In this document: positions 35,420 through 45,760 of the stretch, one piece after another
Numbering within the stretch: the first letter of the stretch is position 1
How the letters are laid out: each line of letters begins with the position of its first letter
Program-made: the position numbers and the translations under genes
Notes under the pieces: model-generated
Seen by the model: only the letters and a program-made list of their open reading frames with translations
What the model was told of the DNA's origin: nothing
Database searches by the model: none
Virus record (IMG/VR): IMGVR_UViG_3300014839_000005
Location: 32,001 to 96,000 of that record
Strand: one strand, 5' to 3'
DNA: 64,000 nt
From: a virus

Positions 35420-36814
35420 TTATTTAGATCCGACTTCTTGAAGAGCTTTAAGAAATTGATTATTTAAAGCAGATTTTTGATTGGATAACATCTGAAGATA
35501 TTCATCAGTACCTTTATCTCGATGTTTGAAGATAAAACCATGTTTTCGTGGTTGAGCGACAAAGTTCTGTACCTCAACCTTTCTCTCTTCTTCTGGCAAA
35601 TCAGTATGTGATTTATATCGAACAACCCTACCCTTTACCTGTTCAAGCTGAGGATTGTTCCAATGAGGTTCCATAACTTGCATTAATTTAGTGCCTCTTA
35701 AATCTAGCCCTTCTCCACCAGCTCCAGATATCAACAGTTGTTTTATTTTACCCGTATTATAATTTTTGATAATTTGATGTCTTTGTCCTATAGGAGTTTT
35801 TCCAGTAAATTCAGCATAAGGAACTTTATTTTTTTCTAATAATGATCCAAGAGGCTTAATACCATGCCCGAGATAATTAGAATATGTAACCCCTTTATAA
35901 TTTTTATCTGATTTAAGTTTATTTGCTATTTCACTATATGCCCTCGTGATCTTTGGAGCATCTTTTATATCAGCAGAAAGATTGTATTCTCCAGGATAGT
36001 TTGAAATTTGTCTTGTAGCAGTTAAAAAAGCATTCATTTCTTTTGATTCAGATTTTGATGGCGCAATACCATGTCCTATTTTATATGCAAAAGAAGGATG
36101 TCCCTTTAAGGCCATCTTATAAGCGGCTTCTTGTTTAGGAGACATCTCAACATCAATTTCTTTTTCTTCTACTTTTGGATAATCTTTTGTTGGAGGTTTA
36201 TAATAATCAACTTTTCCTTTAAAACCTTCTTTAATTTCGTTAATATTTTTTGCTACTTGAACTTCACCAGGTTTGATTCCTCTAAATACTCTTGCAAAAA
36301 TATTAGGATTAATTTTTTTAGTTGTTATATATCTTTGATTAAATAGTTTTTCATCTCTTGGAGCTTTCATATTTAAACCCCTCATAATTGGAATTAATTC
36401 ACTTGGCCTATTTCGAAGAGGGGTTCCAGTAAGAAATAATGTTTTATCACCTTTAAGTTGATCTGGAAGATGTGACCTTTGACTATCCATCCTGCCCATT
36501 CTATGAGCTTCATCAAATACCAACATTCTTCCTTTTGCGGATTCAGGGGGTTTATTGTATGAATATGCAGTGACTGGTTCATTAATTTTATGTTTAGCTT
36601 TTTCTTTTGCAAAATTAAATTTTAACGATGCGGGACCGACGACTGTAAGGGGTTTATTAAATGCTTTGCCGGCAGCTAATGCTGTAAGAGTTTTACCAGA
36701 ACCTAATCCGTGATAAACCAAAAGAGCATCTTGATTTTGTAATTTTTCACTTACTCTTTTTTGATGTTCTTGCAATTCGTAAGCAAATTTTATAAGAACA
36801 TTATGATTTATCAT
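35420..36814 (-). CDS. SF2 (SNF2-like) helicase/ATPase
   Basis: GLGSGKT, DEAH, LTGTP, GGEGLDL, QVKGRVVR. Confidence 0.9.
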   Translation of the reverse strand: MINHNVLIKFAYELQEHQKRVSEKLQNQDALLVYHGLGSGKTLTALAAGKAFNKPLTVVGPASLKFNFAKEKAKHKINEPVTAYSYNKPPESAKGRMLVFDEAHRMGRMDSQRSHLPDQLKGDKTLFLTGTPLRNRPSELIPIMRGLNMKAPRDEKLFNQRYITTKKINPNIFARVFRGIKPGEVQVAKNINEIKEGFKGKVDYYKPPTKDYPKVEEKEIDVEMSPKQEAAYKMALKGHPSFAYKIGHGIAPSKSESKEMNAFLTATRQISNYPGEYNLSADIKDAPKITRAYSEIANKLKSDKNYKGVTYSNYLGHGIKPLGSLLEKNKVPYAEFTGKTPIGQRHQIIKNYNTGKIKQLLISGAGGEGLDLRGTKLMQVMEPHWNNPQLEQVKGRVVRYKSHTDLPEEERKVEVQNFVAQPRKHGFIFKHRDKGTDEYLQMLSNQKSALNNQFLKALQEVGSK

Positions 36815-36817
36815 AAT

Positions 36818-37576
36818 TTAATAAGAGTAATAAGGGCGTGAAGTATCTTTTTTCTTTGTTGATATCATTTTTTTTGCAAGAGAAAGTCCCACAGCTGTAG
36901 TACCTAATGCCATTTTTGATTTACTAAGATTTTCTCCAAAACTGCTTATTTCACGGTCTATAGACATATTGGGGGATTGTTTTTTAACATAAGCTGTTTT
37001 TAAATCTGACAAAGCGTTTCCAAGGTTTTTATAAGATCCAGCAATATAAGAAGGAGATAATTTTTCTTTAGCTTTATTAATGGCGGCCAATGATAAATCC
37101 CCACCAACTCTTAACCCAGCAACAATTTTTGTGCTGAGTGGTACTGTTGCTATTTTTGCAAGTTCATCTCGAAAGGCATATTCAGAAATTTTCATCATTC
37201 TATCTTGAGGTTGTGGAGTATTTCTTAATAAATTCATTATATACATTGAATCTGGGTCTTGATACGATGCCTCATGTAATTTTTTTAAAATTCCAAGTTG
37301 CCCTCTCTGATGTCCTGCTTTATATCCTAAATATCCTGACCCTCCACTAAGCCCAGCCAATCCTAAGCCAATAGCTAATCGTTTTAAAGTTTGAGCCTTG
37401 GGAAGTTTGAAATCTGAAATTTTTTCAAGATTTTCACTAATACCACCTATTAACTTTGTCTTACCTTTTTTCTGTCCTGCCTTATATCCTAAATGAGCTG
37501 AACCAGCAGCAATACCGGCAGCGCCAAGGCCCATAGCTGTTCTTTTAAGAAATGTTTTATTAATATCTACCTTCAT
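36818..37576 (-). CDS. KIA-motif protein with duplicated Gly-rich modules
   Basis: LKRTAMGLGAAG..LGYKAG / LKRLAIGLGLAG..LGYKAG; KISEYAFRDELAKIA. Confidence 0.75.
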   Translation of the reverse strand: MKVDINKTFLKRTAMGLGAAGIAAGSAHLGYKAGQKKGKTKLIGGISENLEKISDFKLPKAQTLKRLAIGLGLAGLSGGSGYLGYKAGHQRGQLGILKKLHEASYQDPDSMYIMNLLRNTPQPQDRMMKISEYAFRDELAKIATVPLSTKIVAGLRVGGDLSLAAINKAKEKLSPSYIAGSYKNLGNALSDLKTAYVKKQSPNMSIDREISSFGENLSKSKMALGTTAVGLSLAKKMISTKKKDTSRPYYSY

Positions 37577-37695
37577 TATTCCTCCTGGTGGTATTTGAAT
37601 AGTCCTATCTAATTATAATATAAATTATTAGAGTTGCCAACTCAAAGTTTTGGATGATATAATATTTTATAGTATATTTGGTGTAGAGGCACTCT

Positions 37696-38739
37696 TTGAT
37701 GTCAAAAATACCATTTGAGCGTTTTATCATTACTTTTCTGATTTTGGGAAAAGATGTGGCATTTATTGTGTCTAAACTAAAAGAATTTCATTATCATATT
37801 GATCCAAATGAAGTTAGCGAACTTTTTGAGAATTTAAAACAAACAATATCGCCGAATTTAAAACTTAAACTTGATACGCAAACCCCATGGTCATTATCCG
37901 ATGAACAAGATCAACAATGGCTTAAGCAATTAGGCATATTTGAATATTATGATTATTTAATTAGAAGAACCGCAAACATTACTGGCGACCCGCCTCCTTA
38001 CTTTAAATGGTTTCGAGAAAGTCTTTGGATTCACGCCCATGAAGATGTGATGTCTATTATCAATATTTTTATATTTAATAAAGAACCGCTTGAATCAATA
38101 TCTGATATTATTTCATTCAGATATAAAAAGAAAATTGGTATTGAAGCATTAGAGTGCCATAAAAAAATATATTGGGATTGTGATATTATATCTGCCAAAG
38201 AAGCCTTATATCATTGTATACCATTTCGTAAAAACGCCCTTATTGTCAGAAATATAAAATTTGCCAATATTACAACAATTGTTAAATTAAATGAAGAAGA
38301 AGATGATGGTTCAGATACATCTTTTGTTTTCCATGATAGTAATTACATTAAGTGGAAAATAGGTTATAAAAAACTTACGGTTCCTGGAACTAAAGATTTT
38401 CTCGAACAAGTAAAACAAGATAGTTATTTCAAATACTATGAATCAATGATGATGTCTCAAAGTGTAGAAGTAGAAGAAGAAGCTGGTAATAATGATTTTG
38501 GACCATTTGATAAACGAGTAGTTAAAAGAAGGAATGTTGAAGAACAAAAGGCAAGAGCTGCCAAACACTGGTTAGAATTATATCTTAAGGCCAATGAATC
38601 AATGCCAGAAGGTGAGAAAAAAGGTGAAATAAATTTCTTTGAAAAAATGTCTCAGTTGTCATTGCAATTTGATGACGAAAAAATAATGACAATAGATGAG
38701 CTGCCTGATGTTCTTAAGGATATTAGTGGTGATAGGTAA
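37696..38739 (+). CDS. Protein directly upstream of terL (possible terminase small subunit)
   Basis: Position only; helical composition. Confidence 0.5.
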   Translation: MMSKIPFERFIITFLILGKDVAFIVSKLKEFHYHIDPNEVSELFENLKQTISPNLKLKLDTQTPWSLSDEQDQQWLKQLGIFEYYDYLIRRTANITGDPPPYFKWFRESLWIHAHEDVMSIINIFIFNKEPLESISDIISFRYKKKIGIEALECHKKIYWDCDIISAKEALYHCIPFRKNALIVRNIKFANITTIVKLNEEEDDGSDTSFVFHDSNYIKWKIGYKKLTVPGTKDFLEQVKQDSYFKYYESMMMSQSVEVEEEAGNNDFGPFDKRVVKRRNVEEQKARAAKHWLELYLKANESMPEGEKKGEINFFEKMSQLSLQFDDEKIMTIDELPDVLKDISGDR

Positions 38740-38741
38740 AT

Positions 38742-40403
38742 ATGGCATTAACCCCTGTCGATCTTGCTTGTGGTCTATTTTATATCGATGGTGCTCCATT
38801 ACAAATGCCCAAAGAGTCCATGAAGCATTTGTGGCCAATTTATAATAAACCATCCAGTTCTTTACTTCTTAAATTTGGAAGACAAACTCATAAAAGTACC
38901 ACCATCAGCAATCATATAGTTTTACCATGTGCCAAGTATGATAATTATCATGTGCTATATGTAGCTCCCACTGGTAATCAGGTTTCTGTTTTCTCTACTG
39001 ATAAATTAAACTCCAGTCTTCGTGGTTCCCCTGTTATTAAGGCAAATTATTTAAATCCTCAAACTAAAGATCAAGTTTATTATAAAGAATTATGTAATGA
39101 AAGTAAAATCTATTTACGTTCTGCATTCCACTCTGCGGATAGTTCTCGCGGTATATCAGCTGACGAGGTATGTATAGATGAATTACAAGATGTATTATCA
39201 GATCATGTTCCTATTTTACAACAAACAATGTCTCACTCTTTAGCTAAATGGAAAGAGATGTCTAAACGGGTTTCAAATTTACCAAGTCATTTATTTAATC
39301 ATAAAATTTATGCAGGAACTCCTAAGACTGTTGAAAATACTCTTGAGAGATACTGGGCTAATTCAACTCAAAATGAATGGATTATTAAATGTCTTCATTG
39401 TAATAAGTATAATTATATCAATGAATATAACGTAGGAGAAACTTGTTTAATATGCAATAAATGCGATAAACCGATATTTTATGAAGATGGCCAATGGATA
39501 GCGATGAATCCTAAGGGATTTATTGAAGGATATAGATTACCTCAAATAGTTCTTAATTGGATTAATGATAGGACCGATCCTAAAGCTTGGAGAATACAGG
39601 TAATTGAAACAAGGAAGTCATATTCATCCGAAAAATTCTTTAATGAAGTTTTAGCGCTTCCATATGCCAATGCTAAAAACCCATTGAACCCAGATGATAT
39701 TCATAGAGTCTGTAAAGATTATAATATGGTCGATACTCCCGAAAGTTCTAAATATATAGAAAATGCTTCAACAGTTTTTGCAGGTATTGATTGGGGTCAT
39801 GGGGATACAACTACAGGAACATCTTTTTCAATGTTAGCAATTGGTGCATATATACAAAATAGATTTAAACTTTTATTCATAAAAAAATATATTGGCAAAA
39901 TGTCTGACGCTTTATTACAAATAGATGATATGTATGCATTGATAAAAAGATACGGAGTTTCTTTTACAATGGCTGATTGGGGAGATGGTAGAACATCAAA
40001 TGCTGTATTAGTTAAAAAATTAAGTCCTAGAAATTTTGCCGAAGTATACGAACATGGTACTCAAGCTAAAAAAATTAAATGGGATCCAACAAAGGGTATT
40101 TATGTTATTAATAGAACTCAAGTAATGACCGATATGTTTATGGAGATTAAAGAAGATAAAGTTGATTTTTTTAACTATGAACAATTTGATCCTTTTAGAA
40201 TTGATTTTCTCAATATCTATTCTGAATATTCTGAGCAAACAAGAATGACAAGATATGATCATGTTGGAGCTGATGATGCTTTTCACGCTTATATGTTTTG
40301 TCGTTTAGCAGGTATGTTAATTAATGGAGAATTAAATAAGTATCTTGTTGGTGGTGAAAATACGTCTGATAATGACGAAGAAACTGCTATAGCATTACAA
40401 TAG
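38742..40403 (+). CDS. terL: Terminase large subunit
   Basis: KFGRQTHKST Walker A-like, IDELQD Walker B, FFNEVLALPY, nuclease GIDWG and DDAFHA. Confidence 0.85.
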   Translation: MALTPVDLACGLFYIDGAPLQMPKESMKHLWPIYNKPSSSLLLKFGRQTHKSTTISNHIVLPCAKYDNYHVLYVAPTGNQVSVFSTDKLNSSLRGSPVIKANYLNPQTKDQVYYKELCNESKIYLRSAFHSADSSRGISADEVCIDELQDVLSDHVPILQQTMSHSLAKWKEMSKRVSNLPSHLFNHKIYAGTPKTVENTLERYWANSTQNEWIIKCLHCNKYNYINEYNVGETCLICNKCDKPIFYEDGQWIAMNPKGFIEGYRLPQIVLNWINDRTDPKAWRIQVIETRKSYSSEKFFNEVLALPYANAKNPLNPDDIHRVCKDYNMVDTPESSKYIENASTVFAGIDWGHGDTTTGTSFSMLAIGAYIQNRFKLLFIKKYIGKMSDALLQIDDMYALIKRYGVSFTMADWGDGRTSNAVLVKKLSPRNFAEVYEHGTQAKKIKWDPTKGIYVINRTQVMTDMFMEIKEDKVDFFNYEQFDPFRIDFLNIYSEYSEQTRMTRYDHVGADDAFHAYMFCRLAGMLINGELNKYLVGGENTSDNDEETAIALQ

Positions 40404-40482
40404 CTAAAAAAAAGGACCACCCCTGGTGGAGAGGTGATCCCATGAGCGCTTCACTCCCGATATTTTGGAAGCCGAGTGTCCT

Positions 40483-40647
40483 TTAGGCCCCTTTGTGCTC
40501 TTCCGCAGCGGGTTCCTGTTTCGCCTGGGCCGGTCTGGCCTGGGCGGTTTTGGGCATGTTTTTCTCGATGGCAATGCCAACGCCAACACCGGCACTGAAG
40601 CATATCGTGCAAAGCACGACGGTTGTAATAACGGGATGTCCGAACAT
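40483..40647 (-). CDS. 54-aa membrane peptide (not in the ORF track)
   Basis: AAGGAG RBS; MFGHPVITTVVLCTICFSAGVGVGIAIEKNMPK...; followed by a hairpin and T-run near 40406-40440. Confidence 0.65.
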   Translation of the reverse strand: MFGHPVITTVVLCTICFSAGVGVGIAIEKNMPKTAQARPAQAKQEPAAEEHKGA

Positions 40648-40734
40648 AAATGTGACTCCTTATTTTTGACGTGAAAGTCTTATATGACTGTCCAGCCACC
40701 ACCAGACAGCCACATACTAAGCATTATTGCCCAG

Positions 40735-40758
40735 TACATTATAGTTATACCACATAAT
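40735..40758 (-). promoter_or_regulatory. Class-1 promoter motif
   Basis: Minus strand ATTATGTGGTATAACTATAATGTA. Confidence 0.6.
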
Positions 40759-41018
40759 GGGTAAAAATAACAATTGAGCAGGAAAGGGTAAGGAAAGGGT
40801 AGACAACCAAGACCTACCCCTCCCTATTCTCACCCGCCTCAGTCTGATTCTGTCAATATATTGATGATTATTAACATAATCAGACTGGCACCGATGATAA
40901 AAAAGCCTCTTATAATCGTTTTCATAAAATCCTCCATAGACAAGTGATTAAAATGTCCTTAATTGTTATACCATATAACCGTTATAAATAACTTATATTA
41001 TAAAAAAGGGAGGATTTT

Positions 41019-41396
41019 ATGCCATTTAAAAATAAAGCCCAGATGAGAGCTTGTTTTGCGAAGAAAAATGCCGGTACAGCTGGTAGTTGGAACTGTGAAG
41101 AGTGGGCTAAACATACTCCAAATCCAAAATCCCTACCCGAACATTCCAAAAAAGCATTTGATATCAATTTTATACAATCTCCAGAGTTCGTAAAAATAGC
41201 AAAAAAACTATTTAACCCTGATAAAGCTCCACCCGTACCAGAAGTAGAGTTGGAATCAAGACAGACTGCTCCATTAGTCCAGGATGTTATATCTAAAAGA
41301 GTGGCTAAAAGAGAAAAAGCATCAAAAATGCCTATGCAAAAACAGGCGTCAATGGGTTGGGAATTGGGTGTTACTATTGTTAATTGGGCAAAATAA
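41019..41396 (+). CDS. Small basic virion-type protein
   Basis: MPFKNKAQMR...WAKHTP..LPE module also present in 45761..46255; FVKIA. Confidence 0.7.
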   Translation: MPFKNKAQMRACFAKKNAGTAGSWNCEEWAKHTPNPKSLPEHSKKAFDINFIQSPEFVKIAKKLFNPDKAPPVPEVELESRQTAPLVQDVISKRVAKREKASKMPMQKQASMGWELGVTIVNWAK

Positions 41397-41793
41397 GACC
41401 TGATGGTGTAGTTTTGTGTGTTTGCTGATATGCAGGTCTATTTATATCAAGTTTTGATTGAATTATCATACTATCTTCACCTTTATGCGCTAATCCGGCA
41501 TCATTAACGATCTCTTGAACTGTTTTTTCAAACAGTTCTTCGTATTTTTCAACTGACATTTGTATCATTTCAAGAGAAGCTTTTCTGAACTCACTAATGA
41601 GATTGCGTTTTATCTCGACCAAGGCGTCATATGGAAGGCGATCAGGAGTTTTGCTTTTTTTAATAGCTATTTCGAACATTTTTGCAACATAAATTTTAAA
41701 AATATCTTCCAAAAGCTCTTTTTTGTTGAGTTTTGGATCAGCATTGTTGATAGAATTTTCAAGATCTGTTTGGAAATTGTATTCTGTTGACAT
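41380..41793 (-). CDS. Hypothetical helical protein
   Basis: 137-aa ORF. Confidence 0.65.
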   Translation of the reverse strand: MSTEYNFQTDLENSINNADPKLNKKELLEDIFKIYVAKMFEIAIKKSKTPDRLPYDALVEIKRNLISEFRKASLEMIQMSVEKYEELFEKTVQEIVNDAGLAHKGEDSMIIQSKLDINRPAYQQTHKTTPSGLILPN

Positions 41794-41939
41794 TGAGCCA
41801 CCCCTGGTTAATGTGTATTAATAATATAGCATATAAGATTTTGTCTTTCAACTAATTATTTGATAAAAAACATCATTTTAATTATATTCTAAATAGGTCT
41901 TCCTTATTTAATTAAAACATATTATAATTTATATATATT

Positions 41940-42131
41940 ATGATACAAAAATTCCTACCTTACTTTAAGCAAGAAATCATAAAAATCGCAATGAGTCCTA
42001 GCGTTGTAAAGCCATCTCTTAATGCTATATTAAGAAAACCTGGTTTAAAAGGTGTTTCAATTGGTGGAAAAATAAGAAATTCTATAGTAAATCGAATTAG
42101 TAAAGTTGAAGCTCCTGTAGGCGTTGTGTAA
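41940..42131 (+). CDS. KIA-motif protein
   Basis: FKQEIIKIA. Confidence 0.65.
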   Translation: MIQKFLPYFKQEIIKIAMSPSVVKPSLNAILRKPGLKGVSIGGKIRNSIVNRISKVEAPVGVV

Positions 42132-42145
42132 ATAAAAGGAAAAAT

Positions 42146-42835
42146 ATGCATATTAAAATAGCTTCATTACAATCATTCAATACTGAGATGATTAAAATAG
42201 CGCTTCCAGTCCCCGCTCCTGCAGAACATGCAGTAGCTTCAATGATATCTCCTATAGCACATACCCTTGCTGGAAAAAGTAGTTATATGGGAGCACCATC
42301 AATTCAGGGTGGAGTGATGAGGGGGCTTTCAAAATTTCAAAAAGGCGCTGAAAATGTATTTTTTGGCAAAAATCCAGTAATGAGGCCTGGAACGCAAAAA
42401 CCCCTTATGAATCTTAAAACAGGACAACCACTTTTAGAACCAACTATTGAAAGAAAATCTATCGGGAAAACAGGTTGGGCTGCCGACTCTCAAAAAGTAC
42501 TTAATGCTGAGAAAGATACTCCACTAAAACCAGGAGTTAAAAGAATTGAGGCATCAAAACGTGCTGCTACTCCAATTACAGATCCAAATACTGGTCATCC
42601 TATAGCGACCCCACAAAAAGGACAAGTAGTGATGAGTCCCAATTCTGGAAAGCCACAATATCGTCAAGGATGGCGCACTGCCGGTAATGTAGCTAAAGGC
42701 GCGGCAGGTGGAGTGGCGTTAGGCGCAGGAATTCTTGGAGCTGGAACTGTTTGGGGAGGACTCACAATGGATCCTGCGATGAATGCATCATTTTCTGGAG
42801 AGGGCCCCTCTTCTCAAGGGCCTATGTTTGGATAA
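42146..42835 (+). CDS. KIA-motif protein with a C-terminal glycine zipper
   Basis: SFNTEMIKIA; GAAGGVALGAGILG. Confidence 0.7.
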   Translation: MHIKIASLQSFNTEMIKIALPVPAPAEHAVASMISPIAHTLAGKSSYMGAPSIQGGVMRGLSKFQKGAENVFFGKNPVMRPGTQKPLMNLKTGQPLLEPTIERKSIGKTGWAADSQKVLNAEKDTPLKPGVKRIEASKRAATPITDPNTGHPIATPQKGQVVMSPNSGKPQYRQGWRTAGNVAKGAAGGVALGAGILGAGTVWGGLTMDPAMNASFSGEGPSSQGPMFG

Positions 42836-42838
42836 TAA

Positions 42839-43828
42839 ATGTCTGATTTAGCAGATAAAATTAAAGAAGCTGCACATTTGGTATCCGAAGATTACCTGCT
42901 TAATCATATTAGTATGAATGATTCTATTTTTTTAAGATCAAGTAATGAAGGTTTTAATTCTGAAATAGTAAAAAGAATATGTGAATTAGCAAATCAAAAT
43001 GTTTATCTTTCATTGTTTAATGATCCTTCTATCAATAAAGCTAACATTCAATTTGAATTAGCAGATTATAGTCAAATATCAGATAAACTTCAAAAAAGTG
43101 AGAATGACATGAAAGAATATAAGCTTGTTCCGAAAGGATTCAAAACGCAGTTAGCTTTTGATAGAGCTAAAAAAGAAGCGCTGAGTCAAGTTGACTTTCA
43201 GCAAAAGAAATTAGCATCACTAGATGAGTTGCAATATGGAAAACATAAATTTGAGGCTTTATTAAATAGTCTTGAAACTATCAAAGTCGCCTCTGAAGAT
43301 GATGCTAAAGAGGCCTTTGGAAGATTATTTAATGATTCTAAACTTCTTGTTGCTCAAGGTGACTCAATTGCTGATATGGCTAAGATAGCTATGCGGCATG
43401 TAAAAGATTCTGGTTTTGAAATGATTAAAATCGCAAGAGCTTATGATCTTATTTCAACTGAATTAAAAAATAATGGATATACTGTAAATGAAGAATTAAC
43501 TAAAATGTCATCTCTTGCAATTAATAAAGAGTCTAAACTTTTAGAACCATCAATGGATTATATAGTTGGTATTGAAAAAGTTGCTGCATTACACGAGATG
43601 TGTAAAAATGTTAAAGCAACAATTGACATGTTTGATCAAGCAATTGAAAAAACTGCAGCAATTCCTAAAGTTGTTACAAAATTGCCTCAGCAAATTAAAG
43701 ATTATGGTAAATATATTGTAACTCATAAAAAAGATATTCTTACTAATCAGGGAATTGGACTTGGGCTTGATGTAGCAGCTGGTGGCCTTGCTGGTCATGC
43801 AGCCGCTCAGCATCACAATAAGAAATAG
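42839..43828 (+). CDS. Helical virion protein with K-x-A/S motifs
   Basis: MAKIA, LTKMSS, IEKVAA, IEKTAA. Confidence 0.7.
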   Translation: MSDLADKIKEAAHLVSEDYLLNHISMNDSIFLRSSNEGFNSEIVKRICELANQNVYLSLFNDPSINKANIQFELADYSQISDKLQKSENDMKEYKLVPKGFKTQLAFDRAKKEALSQVDFQQKKLASLDELQYGKHKFEALLNSLETIKVASEDDAKEAFGRLFNDSKLLVAQGDSIADMAKIAMRHVKDSGFEMIKIARAYDLISTELKNNGYTVNEELTKMSSLAINKESKLLEPSMDYIVGIEKVAALHEMCKNVKATIDMFDQAIEKTAAIPKVVTKLPQQIKDYGKYIVTHKKDILTNQGIGLGLDVAAGGLAGHAAAQHHNKK

Positions 43829-43836
43829 CAATTCTA

Positions 43837-44532
43837 ATGAATATCGCTCATATATTAACAAAACCATTATTAGCAATTACTCCTGATAAAGAAATAGGAT
43901 ATGGTCCATGGCATCAATTAGGTCTTGGAGCGTTTTTGGGAGGTGCTCCTGTTGGAGCTGCTGCATTAATGAAAAGGCCTTTAAAATCAGCTATCCCTAC
44001 ATCTATAGCTGGGTTAGCACTTGGGATTAGTGCATTGCCACTGCACAATGCTCTTGTAAAATATAAACAGGAACAAAAATTAAAAGAATTTGAAAATGAA
44101 TTAACGCAGCATTTCTTCCCAGAATCAGATCCTGGAATTCATGTAAAAAATATTTTTCATACAATGTCTAATATTAAAGCTTCTATACCAAAAGGTTTTT
44201 CAAAAGAAGCAAAGTTAATAAATAAAGTTTTAGACAAAGCTACTGAATTTGCTGGAAAAAGTACTTGGAGCGGCGCTAAAGCAATAACAAGATCACTTTT
44301 TCCTTTAGAAAAAAACGCTCCTCTTGGAGAAAAGATATTAGGTGGAGCAGTAAAGGGAACAGCAATTGGTGCGGCAGGATATGGAACATATAAAGGTATA
44401 GATTATCTTAAGAAAAAACAACCATATAATTATACTACCATGTTAAGAAATAATATTTTACATGGAAAAATTCAACCATCTGAATTAAATAGCAATGAAT
44501 TACAAGAAGTAAAAAGATTAGGTATGAAATGA
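43837..44532 (+). CDS. Gly/Ala-rich putative virion protein
   Basis: Hydrophobic G-rich helices; FSKEA. Confidence 0.65.
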   Translation: MNIAHILTKPLLAITPDKEIGYGPWHQLGLGAFLGGAPVGAAALMKRPLKSAIPTSIAGLALGISALPLHNALVKYKQEQKLKEFENELTQHFFPESDPGIHVKNIFHTMSNIKASIPKGFSKEAKLINKVLDKATEFAGKSTWSGAKAITRSLFPLEKNAPLGEKILGGAVKGTAIGAAGYGTYKGIDYLKKKQPYNYTTMLRNNILHGKIQPSELNSNELQEVKRLGMK

Positions 44533-44783
44533 ATATTCAAGATATTAAATCATTTTCAAATGAATTAAGAAAAATAGCTGGTATTGGTAAAATTATTGGA
44601 GGAGTAATAGGAGGGGGTTTTGCCGGCTTATCTGTATTAGGCGCTCATAATGCCGGTAAACAAAGTGCTATGAAATTGGGAAGAGGAAATGCCCCATTAC
44701 CAATTCAACCTTCTCAAAATATTTTACGAAAAAATCCTTTAGATAAAGGTATAGGAACAAGTGAAAATATTGGCAGTTTTTAG
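44529..44783 (+). CDS. KIA-leader protein
   Basis: IKSFSNELRKIAG. Confidence 0.7.
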   Translation: MNIQDIKSFSNELRKIAGIGKIIGGVIGGGFAGLSVLGAHNAGKQSAMKLGRGNAPLPIQPSQNILRKNPLDKGIGTSENIGSF

Positions 44784-44803
44784 ATATATTAAAAGGAGTA
44801 TTT

Positions 44804-45412
44804 ATGTTAATTAAAGAAGCTGTACAAAGTTTATATGATAAGAAACAAATTACAGAGCAGGAGTATAAACTTTTAAATGACAATCTTCCAGAATTAGAAA
44901 AAACAGCCGGTGTGACAATTCATATTCCTGATGCCGAAGCACTACTAGGTGGACTAATAGATGCGGATGGTAGTGCCCCACATCTTATGAAAAGTATTTG
45001 GGAAATTGCTAAACAAATTGCCGCTGGTGGCGCTGTAGCTACTGGTGGAGTTCTTGCTGGAGTAGAATTAGATAAGTATCTTAAATCAAAGCGTGATATT
45101 GAGAATTCTTATAATACTATGAATGAAAAAGTTCCAGCTCTTACTGAATATCCTCAGGATAAAATTAAAGATTATTTTGAAGTTATTAAAACATTTTCTC
45201 CACGATCAGCTTCTAATCCTTTAGTTGCCGGTGCTCTTGTTCACAAAATGCTGGAATTTGGTGGAGTAGATCATAAACTTGTTCAAGATCTTGCCAGGAT
45301 GGAAATGCCACAACAAAGTCTTGTATATGAATATGCAAAATCTGGTCTTGGCGGATTAGCACAACCTCCAAAGTTTGATAAATATGAACATGACCAGTCC
45401 TGGAATGATTAA
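44804..45412 (+). CDS. KIA-motif protein
   Basis: MLIKEA, ELEKTAG. Confidence 0.7.
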   Translation: MLIKEAVQSLYDKKQITEQEYKLLNDNLPELEKTAGVTIHIPDAEALLGGLIDADGSAPHLMKSIWEIAKQIAAGGAVATGGVLAGVELDKYLKSKRDIENSYNTMNEKVPALTEYPQDKIKDYFEVIKTFSPRSASNPLVAGALVHKMLEFGGVDHKLVQDLARMEMPQQSLVYEYAKSGLGGLAQPPKFDKYEHDQSWND

Positions 45413-45743
45413 AACAACTTATAAAGCATTTAAAGAAGAACTTTTCCTTGAGAAAAATGCTGATGCATTTAATCTTATTGGGAAACTAGTGTCAAAGGGA
45501 GCAAAGGCTGCATGGGAACACCCTAAAACAACGCTAGGTATTATTGGTGGAACTGTTGCGGCTGATATGATTGGAAGATCTTTATTTCCAGCTTTAGTTG
45601 TCGCCAATCAAGCCGATCAAACAGTACATCTTGATAGCCAAAATTCTTTATTGAATGATATACTTATGCAGGAACGAATAAGAAATATAAAACCTAGACC
45701 TGTTACTCCAATGTACAGGCCAATACAACGTCCTTTAGTTTAA
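45405..45743 (+). CDS. KIA-leader protein
   Basis: MIKTTYKAFKEELFLEKNA (track start 45375). Confidence 0.7.
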   Translation: MIKTTYKAFKEELFLEKNADAFNLIGKLVSKGAKAAWEHPKTTLGIIGGTVAADMIGRSLFPALVVANQADQTVHLDSQNSLLNDILMQERIRNIKPRPVTPMYRPIQRPLV

Positions 45744-45760
45744 TTAATTAAGGAGCAAAT

